From: Octopus vulgaris
Taxonomy: Eukaryota
Direction: 5' to 3'
Length of the DNA stretch: 64,000 nucleotides
Assembly: GCA_951406725.2 (NCBI GenBank)
Contig: OX597824.1
Span: forward strand, 42,160,001 to 42,224,000
Both the position numbers and the translations under genes were made by a program. The notes under the pieces were generated by a model that worked only from the letters and a program-made list of their open reading frames with translations, was not told the origin of the DNA and did no database searches. Of this stretch, positions 57,692-64,000 are shown piece by piece. Within the stretch, counting starts at the first letter, position 1; each line of letters starts with the position of its first letter.

Positions 57692-58340
57692 TATACTACT
57701 AATATAGGATAAAGTTTTTTTTACAGAAAAACATTTCATCAGAAATTGTGGCAGCATATTAAAATACTTTTAAGGTTAAAATTATAAACAACTTATAAAT
57801 AAGGGCTAAGGAAAATTATTTCTATGCCAATATGCTGATAACAGACTTTTAAATCGTCAATTTCCACGTATTATTTACTCGCTACAGAAAAGACGTATAG
57901 CTGAAATCGAGGAAAGCTGGCCAACAGAATTTTTTTTTTAAAGTTCGTAATTTCTATATTGAATCGATTTCTGAATTAATCTCATAATAGATTTTTTCCT
58001 CTTCCGTAGAAAATACGAAAACACATAAATGAAATACTTACAAGCGCCCATGGAAAAAGCCGAAGCAAAAATCATGTGTACACATAAGTACCCCAGATAT
58101 ATCTAAATATAAAATCCTTTGGTCAACCTCAGCACACGTGTGAACTGTTCCCCACTACTGCTTATAGTAGTTACCAGTCCCTATAGCGAATAGTAATAAG
58201 TCTACTACTAATATAGGATGAAGCTTTTTTACAGAAAACAAATTTCATCAGAAAATGAGGCAGCATATTAAAATACCTTTAAGGTTAAAATTATAAACAA
58301 CTTACAAATAAGGGCTAAAGAAAATTATTTCTATGCCAAA
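57692..58340 (+). mobile_element. probable non-autonomous Helitron in tandem (one ~500 bp unit plus a restarted partial unit)
   Basis: ~140 bp direct repeat T.TACTACTAATATAGGAT...ATTTCTATGCCAA at ~57692-57830 and 58201-58339; TC 5' end at 58201; hairpin ACTACT-GCTTAT-AGTAGT and a CTAG-like end (ATAGT) near 58154-58193. Confidence 0.55.
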
Positions 58341-58354
58341 AGAAAATTATTTCT

Positions 58355-60200
58355 ATGAAAGGCAAAGTCGATCTCGTCGGAATTTGAACTCAAAACATAA
58401 AGACAGACGAAATGCCGCTAAGCATTTTGCCTGGAGTGCAAACAATTCTGTCAGCTCACTGCTTTCAATTAGAAAAAAATAAATCGGTTCCAAATATTAA
58501 AACAAGGCTGCAATTTCGGGGGAGGGGTACACAAATGATACTTATTTTATGGACCCCGAATGGATGTCAGGCGACCCCGGTACACAAATGGTACTTATTT
58601 TATGGACCCTGAATGGATGAAACGCGAAGATGAACTCGGTAGAATTTGAACTCAATACATAATCGCTGGCAAAATATCGCAATGCGTTTTTGTGAGACGT
58701 GCTAACGATTCTTTTCTACTCTAGGCTCAAGGCCCGAAATTTTGGGGGAGGGGGCCAGTCGATCAGATCGACCCCAGTACGCAACTGGTACTTATTTTAT
58801 CGACCTTGAAAGGATGAAAGGCAAAGTCGACCTCGGCGGAATTTGAACTCAGAACGTAAAGACAGACGAAATACCTATTTCTTTACTACCCACAAGGGAC
58901 TAAACACTGAAGGGACAAACAAGGACAGACAAACGGATTAAGTCGATTATATCGACCCCAGTGCGTAACTGGTACTTATTTTATCGACCCCGAAAGGCTG
59001 AAAGGCAAAGTCGATCTTGGCGGAATTTGAACTCAGAACGTAGCAGCAGACGAAATACCTATTTCTTTACTACCCACAAGGGGCTAAACACAGAGGGGAC
59101 AAACAACGACAGAGAAACGGATTAAGTCGATTACATCGACCCCAGTGCGTAACTGGTCCTTAATTTATCGACCCCGAAAGGATGAAAGGCAAAGTCGATC
59201 TCGGCGGAATTTGAACTCAGAACGTAACGGCAGACGAAATACGGCTACGCATTTCGCCCGGCGTGCTAACGTTTCTGCCAGCTCGTTGCCCTATCACCAA
59301 CATCTTATATTCTCAGAACGACAACAAAAGATAACTTCCCTGATAAGAATAATTGTCTTTGATTTTAACACAAAACCATTAAGTTTAAAGGGAGACGGCT
59401 AGTCGATTCTCACGACCCCAGTGCTTGACTGGTACTACAGTTTATTGTCCCGTGTTGATGAAAAGCAGAGTTGACCTCGGTGGAATTTGAATTCAGTACG
59501 TGGAAAGCCGGAGGAAATATGGAAAGGCAAATTTTCCGATGCTTTAACGATTTTATCAAATCCAAATGGCCGCCATGTTAATATCCTTCCTACGCTAGGC
59601 ACAAGGCCTTAAATTTTGTGGGAGGGTGCTAGTCGGTTGTATCGACTCCAGTGATTATTTTATCGACCCCGAAAGAATGAAAGGCAAAGTCGATCGTGAT
59701 GGAATTTCACCTCAGAACTTAAAACCAGAAGAAATGGCACTAAGCATTTTGTCTGATGCGCTAACGATTCTGCCAGCCCACTGCCTTAAATTGTTGAAAT
59801 CGACTGGACTCGTACTCAGAGCAACGAGTGTCAGAATAAATTCTGCATTGAATCAAACGCTCGAACAGCTCAGCCAATAACCTTTTTAATTTAGATTCAA
59901 GGTAAGCACTTATAAGAGGAACAGGTACGATCGACTCTGAAAGTATGAAAAGTAAAGTTGACCCGAACAGAATTTGAACTCAGAACATAAAGATCTGGAT
60001 GAAAAATGAAAAACATTTTGTCCGGTGTTCTAACGATTCTACCAAAAATAATATAGGTATCTGTTTTAAGCACAAAACCAGAAATTTTAGGAAAGGGTGT
60101 TAATCGATACGAATTAGCCCAATGCTTGACTAGGACTTCATTTTATCGAAACCCGAAGAGACTGAAAGGCAAAGTTGATCTTCGTAGGGTTTGAAATTAA
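58355..60200 (-). mobile_element. cluster of about nine SINE family A units, including a well-conserved trimer (~58715-59290)
   Basis: Repeated GAAAGG.AAAGT.GA.CTCG.CGGAATTTGAACTCAGAAC cores, all on the same strand. Confidence 0.9.
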
Positions 60201-60327
60201 AACGGAGAGGACCAGAAAACAAAACAAACAAAATATAAACGTTAAACGTTTTTTTTTTTCCAATAATTATGCCAGCTGCATCAATAATAATAATAATAAT
60301 AATAATTATAATAATAATAATAATAAT

Positions 60328-60434
<107 letters not shown>

Positions 60435-61134
60435 GGAAATGAAACAATAATTTTAATAATAGTAATAAAACATCGATCATCAAAAACTACAGTGGCAAGA
60501 AGAACAAGTGTAAAAACAAAGACGAACGGAATTATTTAGATGAACAATCTACAACAATATCATTAACAACATCGAGTGATGAACACCACCGAACAATAAT
60601 TGACCATAACGAAAACATTAAGAACATGACTACTGAGATCAAACGGCTGTATTGAATTGACCATAACGTTATCAACAACAATAACAGCAGCAACAACAAC
60701 AAGAACGAAGAAAACAATCACAAAACCAAGCAAAAAAAAAATCAAAAAAAAAATCAAAACAACAAAACTATTGAGATCAAACATCTATATTGAATTGATC
60801 ATATTAACATTATTCACAACAAGATGAGTGGACGATGGTGGTGGTGGTGGTGGTGGTGGGATATTCTGTGCAGGTCGGTTGGCTTCCTAGAAATAGTAGC
60901 CGAATTCGCTTGAAATCTCACCCACTGTCGTTAAGAAATGGAAAGGCACATCGGTGACAAATTGCAGATGTGAATTTATTCCAAAGGATTGATTGTTCAT
61001 ATGTAGAGCTGATACAACAACAGCAACAGCAACAACTACTACTACGACCACTACTGCTTCTGTATCTACTACTACTACTGCATCTACTACTACTACTGCT
61101 GCTGCTGCTGCTAAATAATAATAATGATAATTTT

Positions 61135-61327
61135 TCTACTATAAGCGCAAGGACTGAAATTTGGGAGAAGGGGAAGTGGATTACATACCCCAGTACTCAG
61201 CTGGTACTTATGTTATCGGCCTCGAAAGAATGAAAGGCAAAGTCGAGATCGGTGCAATTCGAACTCAGAACGAAATTCCGCTAAGAATTTCGTCCGGCGT
61301 GCTTACGATTCTGCCAGCTCGCCGCCT
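61135..61327 (-). mobile_element. SINE family A
   Basis: Ends CTGCCAGCTCGCCGCC, the reverse complement of the family A head. Confidence 0.85.
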
Positions 61328-61585
61328 TAAGAATAATATAATAATAACAATAATACAGTTTAACGCTGCTTTTACAGATCAATAAACCCCAATAATTGTT
61401 TTGCGAATGACGATGAAATCTTCTGTCAGGTTCCTATTGAAAACTCCTCATGGAATACTTAAATGATTGTTGCGGCTTCTCTTGTTGCTTGCGTTTGCAA
61501 ATCATTCAACATGCATTTACTGGAATTGTGTGCGCCGTCAGCAGTTAATGTTCATATGTTCATATGTATATATGTATATATATAC

Positions 61586-61640
<55 letters not shown>

Positions 61641-62269
61641 CGTGTGCGTGTGTGTTTGTGTGTGTGGAACTCATCAACCGCTCCTAGCGACAAGAGAGCT
61701 TTCATCCATTGATACTTGTCAGCCGTTCGTTGAGGGAAGTTGATCTTATCTGTTACTTAGGGCTAAGGTCGAACTGACCGCTAGAGGACATTGACATGAA
61801 GGTATCACAATCATCGTCATCGTCTTCGTCATCACCACCAAAATCATCATCATCGTCATTATAATATTAAAAATAAAAACAATAAAATAAAATAAACGAA
61901 ACAGATAAATGTTGAAAGATCCTTCTCATGTCCGATGATAATTTAGCATCTCTTTCGCTAATGTACAAAATGTTTCTCTCTTTCCCTTTCTCAATGTTTT
62001 TAATTGCCCATTCTTGATAATTGTGTGATAGAAATCACATACACATACACTATCACACACATACAAACGCACACGCACACGCACACACACATGCACACAC
62101 ACACAAACCAACAAACACTTTCTATTATGCTTGACGATTGTTCATCATAGAATCGCTTTCAATATTTCCAACTCAAGGGTTTACATTAAGAAAAACAATA
62201 TGGACAATACAGTACAAAACAAAGAATGTGTGTGAGTGTGTTGTTGTGAGGATTTTGCGTGTAAACAAG

Positions 62270-64000
62270 AGCAATAATTTTTTTCAAAAAAGGGAAGAAA
62301 GAAATCAACAATGTATAATCCTCAATAGGGAGGAGACGCTTGAGGGCTGCTCATGGAAAAATCCCATAAAAATACATGGGTACCCTGACATTTGGGGAAG
62401 GTGTCTTTTTTCCTTTCCTTCTTTTTTCACCTTCAGGCGTATGCACAGGGCAGGCCCAATTACTCGCCACTTTCATCCACCTTTCAACAAACTGGCTAGA
62501 AGACAACACTTCCCTCTCTACCCTTATTCTCCTTTTCAAGTGAAGCTTGAAGAAGTTGGTCAGAGATTGACCGAAGCCCCTTCAATTTTGTTCACCACAC
62601 AACCCCTTTAGCCATGGCCACTAGGTATATAAACACAGCCTTTCCTTTTCGGTAAAAGGAAGGCGGTGAGGCGGTCTTCACGATGGATTCATTTGACAGG
62701 CGGATCCGTCCCACACGCGACAGCAGGTGTTTGGCTTAAGCCCACAGGTCAGCAATGCTCGGGCACTGGACGAGTGCATGCAGAACCATCTCGTCGTCCT
62801 GCGCGCATCTCGGACATGATCGGCTGATGGCACTTCCGTGCCTGTAAAGTTTATTTCAAACAGGCAAAGCTCTCCCGTAGCCCTGCCAGGCCAAAGATTT
62901 TTGGAAATTATTCATTGGTCCTGGCCCGAAAGCTCTCCGGAAAAGAACAACTAGCTGATCTTCTTCGACGCTCAAGGTCTCCCCAAGAACATCGTCGCAC
63001 TTTTCCTCCACTAATCCTCTATAAAAAGCTAAAGTTGACGTTCCACCTATCGCACTGCCCGATTGGCTGAGGGCTGTAAGCGCTTGAAGACAATCCACTT
63101 TCCAAATGCACCCCCCCCCCCCGGTCTCTGTTAAAGAAACTAGTTGCAGAAATACATGTCTGGCGAGCGGCCACGCCTGTTCATCGTCAGAAAAGCACTG
63201 GAGATGTCGTAGCCTCAGCGCATGTCTGCACAACGTCAACCACGGCATGCCTAGGTCACCATGCAGCGGGTGCTGATAGCATATATACCGCCTGGCCATC
63301 GGAACACGTCCCTTCCACAAGAAGCGAAAGAGTATACGCTCCAGTGTAATCAAACGGTGGCCAGGACAGTCAAGCGATAGTTGATGACAGACGCGATATA
63401 CTCGTTAGCCACCTCTGCCCGACAATCCAGGGATAGCTTTCTCTCAGACCATATCTGGGTGAGAGTAGTCACCCTGCTCGTTACTTCGTCCCAGTTTTTG
63501 TCCATATGGGGGTCCGGACTGAACCAGACCCCGAGCAATTTAATCGGTCTGTCCGTCCAGCGACCAACGACTCAGTTGGACAGCATGGATTTGCTTCTCC
63601 ATGTGCCGAGTCACACGCTCACTGATTTTTCCTGGTTAATTGTTGTTCCTGAAACCGCTTCATAGTCCCTGAGAGCAATACTGATAATTTCTATGTGATA
63701 ATGACCCGACACCACTACGGTGATGTCATCGGCATATGCCGACATGCATCTCCCACATCCTAGATCACACGGGATGCCTCTCAACGTCTCCAGTTTGTGT
63801 AGTAGGTGCTCGGGAGTCAGCACGTACAAGAGAGACAAGAGGGAGAAACCTTGCCGGACTGAGCGCATGACGTTGAACGGCTCTGAGACCTGATAGTTGA
63901 CTCTGACCACTGAACAGATGTCACTGTGCACTGCAGCGATCCAGCCCCTGAATAAGGCCCAAAACTATCTGGCCTAAGAACCACCGCTACGTATAGATAG
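62270..64000 (-). mobile_element. L1/Tx1-like LINE ORF2 3' half (RT plus C-terminal zinc finger), disrupted, continuing beyond the window
   Basis: SVRQGFSLLSLLYVL, SAYADDITVVV, INQEKS, LGVWF, LFRFLWKG, and RALPV...CPRCAQDDEMVLHALVQC (zf-RVT-like), spread over several frameshifted ORFs. Confidence 0.9.

Noticed and set aside
58715-59290. Regularly spaced repeats superficially like a CRISPR array
   Set aside because: Eukaryotic SINE multimer with ~180 bp homologous units, no unique spacers and no cas genes.

Overview
AT-rich eukaryotic DNA saturated with microsatellites; the SINE families and repeat landscape match my recollection of octopus (coleoid cephalopod) genomes. I found no host protein-coding exon, tRNA or rRNA gene, so the window is intergenic or intronic, and most ORF-track entries are simple-repeat artefacts. 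Supported content: non-LTR retrotransposon remnants (two R4/Dong-like copies in different microsatellites, several L1/Tx1-like fragments, an RTE 3' end); DNA transposons (near-complete Tc1 DD34E, Chapaev3, DD37D-like, Tigger, mariner and hAT MITEs, Helitron/Helentron-type elements); and many tRNA-derived SINEs, including a same-orientation pile-up. The most unusual signals are five dispersed minimal type-I hammerhead-ribozyme-like motifs in short Penelope-like non-coding elements (one in a ~320 bp near-perfect palindrome, one in a TSD-flanked element with inverted repeats), a TIR element filled with degenerate telomeric repeats, and a ~7 kb transposon-free zone with motif-rich unique islands. 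All calls were made by eye, and boundaries of degenerate elements are approximate.
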